Assembly: GCF_006345805.1 (NCBI RefSeq)
Contig: NC_043013.1
Coordinates: 11,594,001 to 11,658,000, forward strand
Direction: 5' to 3'
DNA length: 64,000 nt
Source of the DNA: Octopus sinensis
Lineage: Eukaryota
A program made the translations under genes and the position numbers. The notes beneath the pieces are model-generated. The model ran no database searches, was not told the origin of the DNA, and saw nothing but the letters and a program-made list of their open reading frames with translations. How positions within the stretch are numbered: position 1 is the stretch's first letter; each line of letters starts with the position of its first letter. Positions 40,333-54,536 of this stretch are shown here, piece after piece.

Positions 40333-40501
40333 TGTTTGTAAGTGTAGGTATTTCGTTTTCTACTGTTAACAAATAAGGCATTAAAACAGAATGTCTCTCC
40401 CATTTCATAATAATCTATCTATCTATCTATTTATATATACACATACATGTATACATGTATATATAATATATATACATGGTTATGTATACATATATTCATA
40501 C

Positions 40502-40548
<47 letters not shown>

Positions 40549-40553
40549 CATAT

Positions 40554-40651
<98 letters not shown>

Positions 40652-41004
40652 ATATACATATATATACCTAATTAGTGATTGTTATTCAAAGTTAAGTATC
40701 TCTCAGAGTTCTATATGTATGTGGTAAGAAAAAAAATGAATGAATTTCTGTAGTGCAAGATGCAGTAAAACATATTTGTGAATAAGAGATATGTAATCTA
40801 TACAACAAGCAGGATGGCCATTATCAAAACCATTTTTATTAATTAATATCTTTTGAGCGATATGTCTCATTTTATATTCTATGCATCAATCAATAATCCA
40901 ATATAAAATACATCAACCGCTGATCCAGACTGGCTAATATGTCTTCGAAGAAACTTATGTAAAACCAGATAAAATATTACGGAAATATATTAATTACATA
41001 TGGT

Positions 41005-41035
<31 letters not shown>

Positions 41036-41108
41036 CGTAAATATATACATATATCTTTACACACACACACACACACACACAAGTATATATATATTTATAC
41101 ATATATAT

Positions 41109-41139
<31 letters not shown>

Positions 41140-41566
41140 CTTGTTCTAGAAGATTACGCTTCATAGTTAACTGTGAGTGTGTGTCTGTGTGTCTGTTTTT
41201 CTAAATGTGTGTGAGTGTGTGCGTGCGTGTGTGTGTGAGTGTGTGTGGGGGGTGTGGGGGTGTGTGTAGTGTAATCTTCTAGAACACGAAAAATATAGCT
41301 TTCGTCGCCAGTTAATGAAATTCCTAAAAAGAAGAATGAATGGGATCACAGGGAAGATAGATATATTCCAATAATTTGCTCGATAGGTACTTCTCCGAAG
41401 CGATGCCCTTCAACATGTAAGAATTGATCTCCTCTCACAAACCAAGATTTTATCGATCAAACCCATGCACATACGGGCATACACACAATACATATACATA
41501 TATAGATAGATATTATATATATATATATATATATATAATAAGATATTATATAATAATCTATATACC

Positions 41567-41607
<41 letters not shown>

Positions 41608-42087
41608 CCTGTGTATATACATACATATCTACATACATACGTAACATATATACATTCAGATATATGTATCTGTATGTATATATATATATATACATATGTG
41701 AATTCTGTTGATAGCATTACAACTACTGATACTAATATTGCTATTTTGTGTGATATCAGTAGCTTTTGGTCATGGCTGAGAAGAAAGATTATACAATCAG
41801 GAGAATTCAGAGAAAGGATAAAAGTAGATGAATTCCGTTTAAAAATCGGAAACATGCGCACTCAAAAAGCAAACACACTCAAAGAAACACATACATATGC
41901 ACGGACACACACAAGGACACATACATACGCACACTTATGCATAGACACATACACACACTCGCACGCACAAAAAGATATATATATATATATCCATATATTT
42001 ACCCAATGTCACATACATATGAAAATATAGACGAGTGTGTATACATACCCAGGCACATATATTTCTACATACACGCACATACACATA

Positions 42088-42118
<31 letters not shown>

Positions 42119-42246
42119 TTTATAGATTATATATGTACATCTATATATATATATATGTATATATATGAACATATGTATTTATATACAATAACACACAATT
42201 ATATGTAAATATCTATATGTATGATGTATGTATGTATCTATCTATA

Positions 42247-42381
<135 letters not shown>

Positions 42382-42686
42382 CAAACAGACAGACAGGCGG
42401 ACACAATATTCGAAATGCTAATTAGATTTTATGAAAATAGGGATAGATTTCATATGTCCACCCATCAGCTCAAGAACTGTGTCTCATAATCAAGCAGACC
42501 ATCTCACTCAAAGTCCCTCTCTTACTGTCTCACACTATTTCCGCATTCATTCTAATCTATGCTTTTGAAATAACCACACACACATACACTCACTTATGTA
42601 TATATATAGAGAGAGATAGATAGATAGATAGATAAATATATATGTACATGGACACGCACATATCCATTTGTCTCTTTCGATATGTT

Positions 42687-42726
<40 letters not shown>

Positions 42727-42837
42727 TGTATATTTGTGTATAATACATACGTATATATGTATAAGTATGTATGTTATATATATGTATAAGTATGTATGTT
42801 TGTATATATATATATATATATTATATATATATGTATG

Positions 42838-42886
<49 letters not shown>

Positions 42887-43307
42887 TATGTATCTAGATA
42901 TATGTATGTGTGTATATATATATATGTTATATATATATATATGCATTTGTATATGTATATTTATGATGTGATGTAAATATATATTCGCCTTTCATTAATT
43001 CCTTCTTTCTTGGAATTTAGGATCTCTGCATATGAATCATAAACTCATTTCTCCTTTGATGCTTTATGTTTATTGCAAATTATATATTTAGTTATATATC
43101 CACGTACACACAGACACACACACACACACAACTATAACACACATGTACGCACACACACACGTGTGTAGAGATACACGTGTATGCATCCATGTATACGCAC
43201 TCTTAGGTACTCCAGAGCAGATATATAGAGGGCCAGACATGCAACTACATATGCCTACGTGTATAATTGATATAGTAATATACATACATATATACATCTC
43301 TCTCTCT

Positions 43308-43363
<56 letters not shown>

Positions 43364-43714
43364 TTGTGGGTGTGTGTGTGTGTGGTTTGTTATATATATA
43401 TGTGTGTATATATATGTAGATATATATGTCTACATATATATATATATATAATAAATATATAATTATATATATGTATGTGCGTGTGTGTGTGATTATGTCT
43501 GTGCGTGTGTATGTGTGAGTGTATGCGTGCGTATATGTTCGTATCTGTGTGTGTGTGTACTTATTGATATCTGTAGAGAATTAATATTCTGTTTACGTGT
43601 GAAATGAATTCCTTTTCAATATTGATTGTAATTGATGGACAAAACTATCTATCATCTTTCTGAATGTATTCCAGTTGATGCCTCTTGTACAGCTTCTTCC
43701 TCTGAAAGTTATTA

Positions 43715-43808
43715 CAGTTATTACTATTATTATTATTATCATCATCATCCCCACCACCACCACCACCACCACCACCAACACCACCAACACCACCACCACC
43801 ACCACCAC

Positions 43809-43846
<38 letters not shown>

Positions 43847-43848
43847 AC

Positions 43849-43895
<47 letters not shown>

Positions 43896-43896
43896 T

Positions 43897-43928
<32 letters not shown>

Positions 43929-43939
43929 TATAATTATCC

Positions 43940-43980
<41 letters not shown>

Positions 43981-43999
43981 GTTATTATTATTATTATTA

Positions 44000-44052
<53 letters not shown>

Positions 44053-44060
44053 GTCATTAT
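43715..44060 (+). repeat. Compound (ATT)(ATC)(ACC)(ATC)(ATT) microsatellite
   Basis: Direct reading of the sequence. Confidence 0.95.
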
Positions 44061-44129
44061 TATTCTACTTGTTGTTGTTTTACATCTCAGAGCACTCGAT
44101 CTCATTTGCTCTCGTTGATTTTGTGAGAG

Positions 44130-44300
44130 CGGATCCTAGACACCCTCACCTTGGAGGATTTCCATGGGATCTTCATGAAGTGGCTGGAGTGCTGCAAGTG
44201 CATTGAAGTCAGAGGAACGTGTTTTGAAAGAGATTAGTGTTTTGAACTCTTTTGAAATTAATGTTTCTACTGAAAAAGTCTCAAAAGTTGTGGAATGAAC
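44130..44300 (+). mobile_element. Mariner transposase C-terminal fragment and 3' end
   Basis: TLTLEDFHGIFMKWLECCKCIEVRGTCFERD*, matching the mariner C-terminal W..R..KCI..GxYFE motif. Confidence 0.65.
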
Positions 44301-44921
44301 ATTGAAGATTTCATCTCTAGAGACCAGCTATTTGGCGAAGCCGAGAGGCAAGTCCTCAACAAAGTTCTTGTTCTAAAACTTCTCATTGTCCCCTGCAAGC
44401 AAGTTTGAAAAGCTTTTTTCTTTTCTTGGTGACAATGAATACGAATAAGAAGAAAAATTATCTGCTATGTCATGAGAGGAAGGCATTTGGTAGGTTATAA
44501 CGTTCATCATCCTGGAGGGAACTAACAGCTTCCTAGAGCTAAAAATATACGCAGTGTAGGTGATACCTACACTGTGTACATGGAGGAGATCCCGGATTTA
44601 AACTATCAACTAAATTGGGTGCAACTCCACCTCACGGTAGAGAGGACATTTTTATTATTTAGCAATGCCAACAATCAGAATGCTTTCTGATCAAAACAGA
44701 ATGCAAAAGCATGCAGTTTCTCGCAGCTTCCGAAACCACATAACCTCAGCTGTAACCTCAGCTAAGCAGAAACATCAACAATCACAAGAGCAAATGCAGT
44801 CAAAGTTATTTAAAAACAGTAGGAGCCACTACAGCAATGACAACACGAAACCGTATCCACAAAACCGGATGCAGTTTAAATTAAGAATTAATTAAGAAAT
44901 ATGTTACTTAATGTTCAATAT

Positions 44922-45165
44922 GCTTTCAACTATTGGCGCAAGGCCTTAAAATTTGGTGGGAGGGATGAAGTCGAATTCAAGCGATGCCAGTGCTCAACCA
45001 GGATTTTTTTTTTTTGACTGTGATAGGATTGAAGGCAAAGTCAACCTCGGCATAATTTCAACTTAGGGCATACAGAGCAAAAAAAAAAACAAAAACAAAG
45101 AAAAGCTCAAAAAACCACGCTAATCATTTTGTCCGACATGTTAACGATTCAGTCAGCTCGTTGTC
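44922..45165 (-). mobile_element. tRNA SINE family A, degenerate
   Basis: gataggattgaaggcaaagtcaacctcggcataatttcaact...ttaacgattcagtcagctcg. Confidence 0.7.
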
Positions 45166-45727
45166 TCACTCAATTCTAATAACGGAAGTGTATCCTGATT
45201 AAGGACATCATGAAAATTTCCCTAAAATGACTGGATCATTAGAACGTTTACTAGAATAGCTCTTGGGTGTGTTCCGGCTCTCTGCTCCCGTGTTCACGAT
45301 CTCTCGCACTCAACGTTAAATTTTATCCTTTAGCGGTAGATGAATAAACGCACCAAAGTCGTAAAGATGTCCATTATTTCACGTCTCCTATTTTCATCCT
45401 CTCTCTCACTCTCTCTCACTCTCCTTCTCCCTCTTCTCACTCTATCTCCGTTTGTCTCGCTGGATTGCTTATCACCAATTATTTTTTTATTATATTTTTA
45501 TAATTTTCCACAAAGTCCCAAGAAAGAGTTTGTTTCATGAAAGCCGAAAGACAGAATATAAAACTACCTTTAGATTATGTTTTTGTATTTGTTATGCAAG
45601 ATTCTTGATGGGAAATCTTGATTTGAAGCAGATTACTTTTCGTGTCTCTTGAGGTTCATTATGCAAATAATAAACAGATACACTACTTCCATATAACTTC
45701 TTTTCGTATTATTAATCAACTGATTAA

Positions 45728-45925
45728 AGTGGCAGAATCTGTAGCACGCCTGGCAAAATGTCTTGCGGGATTACGTCCATCTTTACCTTTTGAGTTCAAA
45801 TTCCTACGATATCGATTTCATGCTTTCGGGCTCAATAAAACAAGTTTCCAGTTAAGCACAGTACTTGTAATCGACTTACTCCTTCCTCAGAAAGTGCTGG
45901 TCTTGTGCTAAAATTTGAAACCATT
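45728..45925 (+). mobile_element. tRNA SINE family A, degenerate
   Basis: gtggcagaatctgtagcacgcctggcaaaatgtctt...gagttcaaattcc...tttcgggctcaataaaacaagt. Confidence 0.7.
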
Positions 45926-46962
45926 ATTAATGAATTGATTAACCAGTTGATGGAATAATTATTCGATAGCTTCATTAATTGTTCAAGAAATCAATCAATA
46001 AGCTAGTCCTTTCGTCGACATTCGCAACATTATCAATGTTCTGCCATCAGAGATGACGAGAAGAATACTTTTACAAATATAGCTGATTAAAGAAACATTC
46101 GATTGATTAATTAGCTAGATTGTTAAAGAATTGACTAAGGATAATTAAAGAAATGAAATTAAACCAATGTATGTATTTATTTTTAGCACGATGACCTTCC
46201 CGATGTATACTTTTATATTCATCTATTAAATTCCACGAAAGAAACAAGAATATTGTTAAAGAGAAACTGCTTTGTTAGTCGAAGTTATAGACGTGAATCC
46301 AACGTAACCTGCCTTAGATTCACATGATATAGCAGCATTTGAGGGAGATTTAGCATGCAGGCAAATGACTAGAATTGTTAAAGAGAAGCATAAGATACAC
46401 TGTGGTATATATTTAGACACTTTACAGTCTCAGATCAAGATCATCCCGGGGAAAACGTTTGTGTTTCATCCTTCAGTAACAGTCAACACTAGAATTGTAA
46501 CAAAGTCGAATGAGGTTCCTTGCCCTTATTGCTTCGTCACTTTCTTTCTGAATTAAAATTCTGTCGATAGCTACGGGTAATCAACTGAGGGAATTGCTAC
46601 AGTTGCTCATAATATATATATATATATGCAGCATATACCAACATATACCAGTTTTCTACTTCAAGTAGGAGAAATGCAGCTCAGTATGGGAATAGTGAAT
46701 ATACATACTTCTTATTTCTTATCGGCTAAAGTTCAGAATCCTTAGGCCGCAGCACACCTCACAGCATTGCTAGAAACCAGAGAAACCAGCCCCACTTAAG
46801 GCGTACTAAAATGGGCAGCAGATGGACATCCGGGAGTCATGACTTGGATGTGACCCGACCCCACTAGAGTGTCAGAAGTTAAGGGCCCGAAACACTTGTC
46901 TAAAGGGGGTTTCTCCTCTGAGGACCACCTGCAGTTACGCTCTCCCCAAGTCTCTTTCCACT

Positions 46963-46993
<31 letters not shown>

Positions 46994-47462
46994 ATATATT
47001 ATATTATATATTTATTTATTTATTTATATATATGTATATATGCATATATATGTATGCATATATACATATGTTACACACATTGACTCACAATGCTTTGGTC
47101 TACCACAGGGTATAAAATAAGCCACATATGCAAAGTGCAATGCAGTTGAACTGAAACCACACCTAAGTGGTTGTAAAAGGAAATTCTGAAACATAGTTGT
47201 GCAGCGCCTATGGAGAGAGAGAAAAAGAGGTCACCTGGTGGTGACTCATTGCGCTGCACTGCAATTGCCAAATAACCACTGCACAGTAGATTTGAATATT
47301 TTTAAGAGTAACAAATAAAAAAAAAATCGGAAACTTAAACAAAGATACATGAGAGTTGTAGTGGAATATCCATTGTGTCAGACTTTGGGAGGAATCAAAG
47401 AGTAGAAAACTTTGACGCCTGAAGTAATATCTGGTGAAAAATCATTAAATATATATGTATTT

Positions 47463-47499
<37 letters not shown>

Positions 47500-47617
47500 T
47501 GTGTGGGTGTGTGTGTGTGTGTTTGTGTGCGTGTGTGAGTATGTATTTATACATATATAGGTATACATATATCTGTATATATGTGTGTGCGTATGTTTGT
47601 ATATGTGTGTGTGTGTG

Positions 47618-47653
<36 letters not shown>

Positions 47654-47675
47654 TTATGTCTATTCATATGCATAC

Positions 47676-48250
47676 GATCGCACTCGTCGGATTTTTTGTT
47701 TCCATGCAACAAGACTGAACACATCGTGTGGTGACTATAAACCCACGTCTCATCACCAGTGAAGTTTGCACAATCCAGCATGTAGTGAGCGATTTCCATA
47801 CGGATTGCTTCTGCTATCCACAAACATTTTGGTGTCGAATTTCTGCGACACACACTGCATGCACAAATCCTCCGTTAAAATTTAATGCACTTATCCTGTG
47901 CTTATTTTGACTTGCTGAGCAATTTTCTATATAGTTCCTCGAAGGTCTTCAAGACTATTCGCTGAACCAATTCAATCGGCTCCTCATTCCAGTTTGTTCG
48001 TGGCCTGCCTGAGCGCGACTCGCTCACCACTGATGTACTGCCATATTTGAAACAGCTGTACCATTTCTTGATTTGAGTTTTACCCATGGTGTCGTTGTAA
48101 AATCCTACTGAAACTTCTGAGTGGTTCAAGGTTCTGTATCACCAAGCTTTTGGGAAAAACTGATGCAGCATTTCTGCACAAGCATTCGGTGAAAGCGAAA
48201 ATCCGACGAGCGGTCACTATACGCGCCATGTATTATCAAACCGCTTTGAT
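47676..48250 (-). mobile_element. Mariner transposon fragment (N-terminal half of transposase) with an inverted copy of its 5' end
   Basis: Minus: MLVQKCCISFSQKLGDT...MGKTQIKKWYSCFKYGSTSVVSESRSGRP...ILTEDLCM..VSQKF...FTGDETWVY. ctcgtcggatttt at 47683-47695 is the inverted repeat of 48198-48210. Confidence 0.8.
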
Positions 48251-48511
48251 AATACTTTGAAAGTGAGTCGTTTGGAATTTTCTTCTACTACATTTCTTTA
48301 AAGGGTCTAATAAGGGCTGATTGGTTCCATGTCGTAATCTTTGTAATAGGACTAATCACCATGAAACATTTGATGTGATCCTTTAAGTTCTACATAAGTG
48401 TATACATGTGTGCGTATGCAAGGTCTACGTATGTGTGGGACTCGACGTTCTCCAGGTGTTCTGAATGTTGAAATACCGAGATTCCAATGACGAATCTTAC
48501 AACTGATTATT

Positions 48512-48548
<37 letters not shown>

Positions 48549-48608
48549 GGTCCCGGGTTGAGTCGGGGTTAACCACAGTAAATAAGGTATTGTGTACCTT
48601 ATATATAT

Positions 48609-48972
48609 ACGTTTAAATATTTGTTGTGCAAGATTTTTTATGTGAAGTCGTGTGTTGAAACAGATATTGTTATATTTCGGAAAGGTCATATTTCCAGTTT
48701 AGCGAATAAAAACACACGCACTATATATTTGGTGTTTATTTTGCTTCAGTGTTATTTATTTTTTACATTAATCTTAATCTTATTTCGGCCAGAGTTCTTT
48801 CGTCACACTCCTGTGACCGCATCAGTGGTCCTTTGTTTTCTTCTCTGGCCGAAATAAGATTAAGATTAATGTAAAAAATAAATAACACTGAAGCAAAGTA
48901 ACACCAAATATATAGTGCATGTGTTTTTATTCGCTAAACTGGCAATATGACCATTCCGAAATATAACAATAT
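48609..48972. mobile_element. Fold-back PLE pLTR-like element (family H4): ~130-bp inverted arms and a 48-nt loop carrying a hammerhead-like motif on minus
   Basis: Arms 48664-48794 and 48843-48972 are reverse complements with few mismatches. (TA)n lies on both sides. Related copy at 51735-51948. Confidence 0.8.
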
Positions 48973-49304
48973 ATATATATATATAAATTCATATATTTAT
49001 ATTATGTATATGTATGTATGTGTATATATATGCGTGTGTGAGATTGTATGTGGAATTGAACGGATATAGATATATCGATAGATGGACATCGAGCAACTGA
49101 AAAAGAGAAAGAGAGAGAGAGAGAGAGAGTGGGGGGTGAGAGAGAGAGATACATATATATTATCATGACTAGTATCGTGAAATGCAAAAGTATCGCGGTT
49201 CTTGTATTTGCATAACATTTACTAATACTGAAATTCACTTAAACCTAAACATACGGCTCTGTAACCATACACTTACATGTATATATGTGTGTGCGTGTAT
49301 ATAT

Positions 49305-49377
<73 letters not shown>

Positions 49378-49554
49378 TATTAATATATATGTATGTATAT
49401 ATATATATCTGTGTGTGTGTTTATGTTGTGCAGTTACGTGTTCGCTAATATATATATATATATGAATGTGCATGTGTGAGTGTGTGTTAGAATCTGTGCA
49501 TCCTTATTTTGCATATTACATTAAAATCTGGGTTCCGCTGCACATTAAACAATT

Positions 49555-49588
<34 letters not shown>

Positions 49589-49936
49589 CACAAAGTGCCG
49601 ATCTCTCACATTCACTCAAAAGTACACAACATACTCATTCACATATGCATACGTACACAAGCACATAAACACACAGAGAGAAAAGCAAACATATTCACAA
49701 AAGAGTCTTTTTAAAACCATCATCCATGGAATCATTGAATATGGATAACTTATTGATATAACGGCCCTCTTTAATCTGTGAAATATTTAACAAAAACTAA
49801 TACAAAGCAACCGAAAATGAGAATTTTATGATAGAATGTGTTGACTTTGCAGTGCATGCAAATTTGTGTAAACGATATTTATTTAAATTATATTACACTT
49901 ATAAACGTCTGCAAAATATAAAATACGTGACGTATA

Positions 49937-49976
<40 letters not shown>

Positions 49977-50691
49977 TGTATATACATGTATATATATATA
50001 CATATAATATATGTGTATATAATGTATATATATAAATATACATACGCAAATATCTTATATGTGCGTGTGCGTATGTGTTATTGTGTGTGTGTGTGTATGT
50101 AGTATTACACAACTTTTCGGCTAAACCTATCTTCAAACCGCAAAAGCACGGCAAGCTGAGTAAATATAAAAGAGATATAGATTCATATTTATATAAGCTT
50201 ATATGTAATGGACGTGTATATATATATATATATATATATATTGGTTTTCATGTCTATATATATGTCTATATATATGTATATATATATACGTATGTATGTA
50301 TGTATCTGTATATGTATGTATGTGCGCATTAAGTATGCATCACATGAACTCGCAGAGACATGCAGCAGCATAAAACTAAAACAAAGACAGATACATCTGT
50401 ATCTTTCGAACTGAGCACGTAAAAGGGCAAAACTGTTTTCCAACCTCGTGGAATATCGTACTTTAAGACGTATCTAAAGAAAGGATATCTCATTGTATGT
50501 ATGTCAACGGGTAGTTTTTGTACGTAGGACTAGCTCTTTTTGGCGTCGTAATACATGTGATGATATATAAACTTTTATATCTCTATATAATCATATTAAT
50601 GTATGTATACAGCCGTACACGCTATATACACACACATATGTGCATGGAAATATACATATACACATAGATTTATATACATATAATAAATATG

Positions 50692-50728
<37 letters not shown>

Positions 50729-51604
50729 ATGTGTGTGTGTGTGTGTGTGTGTCTGTGTGTGTGAGTATGTGTGTGTGTGTGTGTCTGTGTGTGTGTGTGT
50801 GAGTATGTGTGTGGGTGTGTGTGTGTGTGTGTGGTGTGAGTATGTGTGTGTGTTGTGTGTGTGTGTGTTTGTGTGTGACAACTAAGTTATTCGAGCGTTG
50901 AACCACGAGTTCCACTAGGGCTTTTGAACCCAAACTATTGCAGTAATTAGTCCTCATTTCAGACGGGATTCGTGAGTCCCTTGTTATAGTGTAGTGCCGT
51001 CTAGTTCAAAAACTGTATCAGTTTAGATATCGAATTTGGTGTCAACCCTACTATGATCTTCAATAGGAAAGACGTAGTTCCTTTAATCTCCCTCATTATT
51101 CAGCTTTTCCATTCATTCAATCGTCCTCGTATAGCACTGCTAAAATACCTCAAGTCACGCTATTAATTTGACACTGTTGGATAACCATATATGGGGTGGG
51201 GCAAGTAGTCCGGACAGCACCAGTATAGTTTACTGGCTCCTTGTTCTGAAACGTCTCAGAATCCAATCCAGCCTTGGACATGAAAGGATGCGCCATTGCT
51301 TATATCAACCTCCTGATCACGGACTCTGGATGGCCGCTCTGTTTGTTCCAAAGAATCTTTATTGCGGTATGTTAGCGCTAAATACCTGACAGAGGAGGGC
51401 TTGAAATTTTCCTGCATTTAATTGGTTCTATATATATAAGCTATTTTTAAAAAAAACTTCTACTTGTCTTCATGGTTTGAATGCAACCATGCTGAAGCAC
51501 AGCCAACAAGAGTTTTAGTCGAATAGCTCAACCTCAGTACTTATTCCGCATATATTCAGTCAGTTTCTTATGCTGAACCACTAAGTTTCGGGAAAGTAGG
51601 TTTC

Positions 51605-51689
51605 GGCACCATGGGCAATTGTCTTCTACTACAGCCTCGGGCCGACCAAAGTGCATTTGGTTGACGGAAACTGAAAGAAGGCCGTCGTC

Positions 51690-51738
<49 letters not shown>

Positions 51739-51982
51739 CGGAATGGTCATATTGCCAGTTTAGCCAATAAAAACATACGCACTATATATTTGGTGTTATT
51801 TTACTTCAGTGTTATTTAGTTTTTACATTATCTTAATCTTATTTCCGCCAGAGTTCTTTCGTCACACTCCTGTGACCGCATCAATGGTCCTTTGTTTTCT
51901 TTCTTATTTGCGTCTCTTGCACAAATAATATTTAAACGTACTAATATATATATATATATATATAATATATGTATGTGTATGT

Positions 51983-52019
<37 letters not shown>

Positions 52020-52165
52020 TTTGTGGTGTGTGTGTTTACGTGTCTGTGTTTGTCCCCCAAACATCAACTGACAATCGATGCTGGTGTGTTTACGGTTCGG
52101 CAAAAAGAGGCCGATATAATAAGTACTAGGCATACAAAGAATAAGTCCTGATTTGCTCGACTAAA
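51605..52165 (+). mobile_element. SINE family B with a PLE-derived insert in its internal (TA)n
   Basis: Head ggcaccatgggcaattgtcttctact...gacggaaactgaaagaaggccgtcgtcg, then (TA)n, an insert, (TA)n(TG)n, and the tail tgtttgtccccc...cggttcggcaaaaagagg...ataagtactagg. Confidence 0.75.
51735..51948. mobile_element. Family H4 PLE pLTR-like fragment, copy 2
   Basis: Aligns with 48675-48842, then ends with cttgcacaa..aatatttaaacgta, the reverse complement of 48609-48632. Confidence 0.8.
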
Positions 52166-52663
52166 GTATGTGATGTTGTTGGGCTTACTTTCCTATTCAG
52201 TGTGTAGATGTCCAGGATCGGTAGTACATTGCTTTCTTCGATCTCATTTAAAGCATGACTAACTTCAATGAAGTCTGAAATAAACTGGTCAGAATATAAC
52301 AGACAGCACAGCTATAATCTGCTGGAATTCATTGTCTGAATTGATGCAACCTCAAAAGCAAGCAGGTTCGCCGGTCAACATCATTAGACCGATATCATGT
52401 GCATATTCAAAACTTTCGCGCACAAATTTAAAACATATGTGTGTGTGTGTGTGTGAAGGCGCGGATGAATTGTTAGGGCATTCGGCTCACGATCGTAACG
52501 TTGTGAGTTCAAATCTATCTATCTATCTATCTATCAATCAATCTATCTATCAATCAATCTCTCTCTCTCTCTATATATATATATATAGGTACGTATGTAT
52601 TGTATACACTCCCTACACACACACACACACATACACACACACACACACACACAGACACATATA

Positions 52664-52838
52664 TGTGACCTCGTGAGTACCGCTGGCGATTCTTTTCCTC
52701 TGTCTTCCCTTCTCGGGATCTTTCCTTCTCCTATGTTTCCGACGAAGAGCTCCAATAATTCCTGAGCGTCCAATAATACTTTATTTGTTCCACGTCCTCG
52801 CGTTGTTGTGTTTTTTTTGTGTTTTCTTGTTTAGATTA

Positions 52839-52843
<5 letters not shown>
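52664..52843 (+). mobile_element. PLE pLTR-derived repeat (family H3), copy 3, hammerhead 3' half deleted
   Basis: Aligns with the reverse complement of 1831-2045; gtttccgacgaagagctcc is followed by a deletion. Flanked by (CA)n and (TA)n. Confidence 0.8.
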
Positions 52844-52900
<57 letters not shown>

Positions 52901-53110
52901 TATTTATGTATATGCATGTATAGTATATATTGGGTTGGCAAGAAACTAATTTCGTTTTTTACGAATAGTTAGTTGCGATTTTTGAATGACTTTTGCCAGA
53001 GTTATGATTTTTTTCCCACTTGACATTTATTAGCCGTTACTTTTAACTTACTGTAGAAGCAAATTGCGCACGATTTTGCTTACAACTGTTATTTCATTGT
53101 CAATCTTAAC

Positions 53111-54466
53111 ATGGAGTGCAAAAAGGAACATTTTCGCCATATTTTGCTTTTATTGTTTCCGTAAAGGCAAGGAAGCCGCCGAGGCTCACAAAGAGATATG
53201 TGAAGCTTATGCTGTTGATTGCTTAAGAGAACGCACATGTCAGAAATGGCTTTAAAAAAATCCAATCAGGAGATTTCTCACTAAAGATTACCAATGTTCT
53301 GCTTGACCTATGCATATTTATATATCTGATAGCTGAGTTAGACATGGCTTACAACAGAAGGCCCTGTACATCCACAATCAAAGATAAACGGCCAGAATTG
53401 ACAAATCCCAAAGGACCCGTGTTCCACCATGACAAGACAAGACCACAGAAGTAGATGATGAGCAAATCAAAGCCATAATTGAATCTGATTGACATATAAT
53501 TGTGCGAGGGATTGCAGAGCGGTGAAATGTATCACACACAACAATTGAAAATCTCTTAAAATATCTTGAACTCGTTAAGAAGCTCTATTTGTGTTTCACA
53601 TAAATTCGAATCAACCTTTGTGATAAGCATCTCAAACGCAATGATAGCGATCCTTTTTTGAAACGAATCATCATTGGTGATGAAAAATGGATTTTCTACA
53701 ATAAAATCAATCGAAAAAGATCATGGTTCAAGCCTAATAAACAAGAAAAAACCACTTGGAAAACTAAACTGCATAAAAAGATATCATGCTGTCAATTTGG
53801 TGAGATTAGAAAGGTGCTGTGTATTTTGAGCTGCTTCCAAGGAACCAAACGATCAATTCAGATGTTTTCTGTCAAAAACTAATGAAAGTGGAGGAAGCAA
53901 TCAAAGAAAAACGGCCAGAATTGACAAATCGCAAAGGAACCTATTTCTTTACTACCCACAAGGGGCTAAACACAGAGGGGACAAACAAGGACAGAAAAAC
54001 GAATTAAGTTGATTACATCGACCCCAGTGTGTAACTGGTACTTAATTTATCGACCCCGAAAGGATGAAAGGCAAAGTCGACCTCGGCGGAATTTGAACTC
54101 AGAACATAAAGACAGACGAAATACCGCTAAGCATTTCGCCCGACGTGCTAACGTTTCTGCCAGCTCGCCGCAAAGGAACCGTGTTCCACCATGACAAGGC
54201 TAGACCACACACGTTTTTGGTAAATCATAAAAAATTATTGGTGTTTAGTTGGCAAGTGATGTCACATCCGTCATATAGACCTGATCTTACAGCATCAGAG
54301 TATCATTTACTTCGAAGTTAGAAAAATGCTTTGATTAGTTAAACGTTCAATAATGATGACGACCTTAAATCGTACTTGCTTCAGTTTCTGGCTGAAGAGG
54401 AATCGCGAAGTTGCCAGAAAGATGGCAAAAAGTCATTGAGCAAAATGGAAATATATAATTTATTAA
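53111..54466 (+). pseudogene. Mariner transposase pseudogene
   Basis: MECKKEHFRHIL..RKGKEAAEAHKEIC..ERTCQKW, IIIGDEKWIFY, YFELLPRNQTINSDVFC, FHHDKARPH, HPSYRPDLTASEYHL, RWQKVIEQNG. Frameshifts, stops and two insertions. Confidence 0.92.
53942..54168 (-). mobile_element. tRNA SINE family A, young full-length copy with a 12-bp TSD
   Basis: TSD cgcaaaggaacc at 53930-53941 and 54169-54180; tRNA-like head ggcgagctggcagaaacgttagc...gagttcaaattcc. Confidence 0.95.
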
Positions 54467-54536
54467 ACTTCATTCTTACCTTGAAAAAATGCCTCATTTC
54501 ACACTAATTAAACCGAAATTACATTCTTGCCAACCC

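Noticed and set aside
43593-44126. Overlapping poly-His/Tyr/Ile/Met ORFs
   Set aside because: Compound (ATT/ATC/ACC)n repeat; open frames are expected by chance in stop-free triplet repeats.
45230-45350. Possible solo LTR (AATAAA-containing block)
   Set aside because: No TG...CA termini, TSD or second copy identified.
46850-46935. GAAAC-actt-GTC plus a downstream CTGAGGA, suggesting a hammerhead
   Set aside because: Stems I and II cannot be paired in register in either the type I or type II arrangement.
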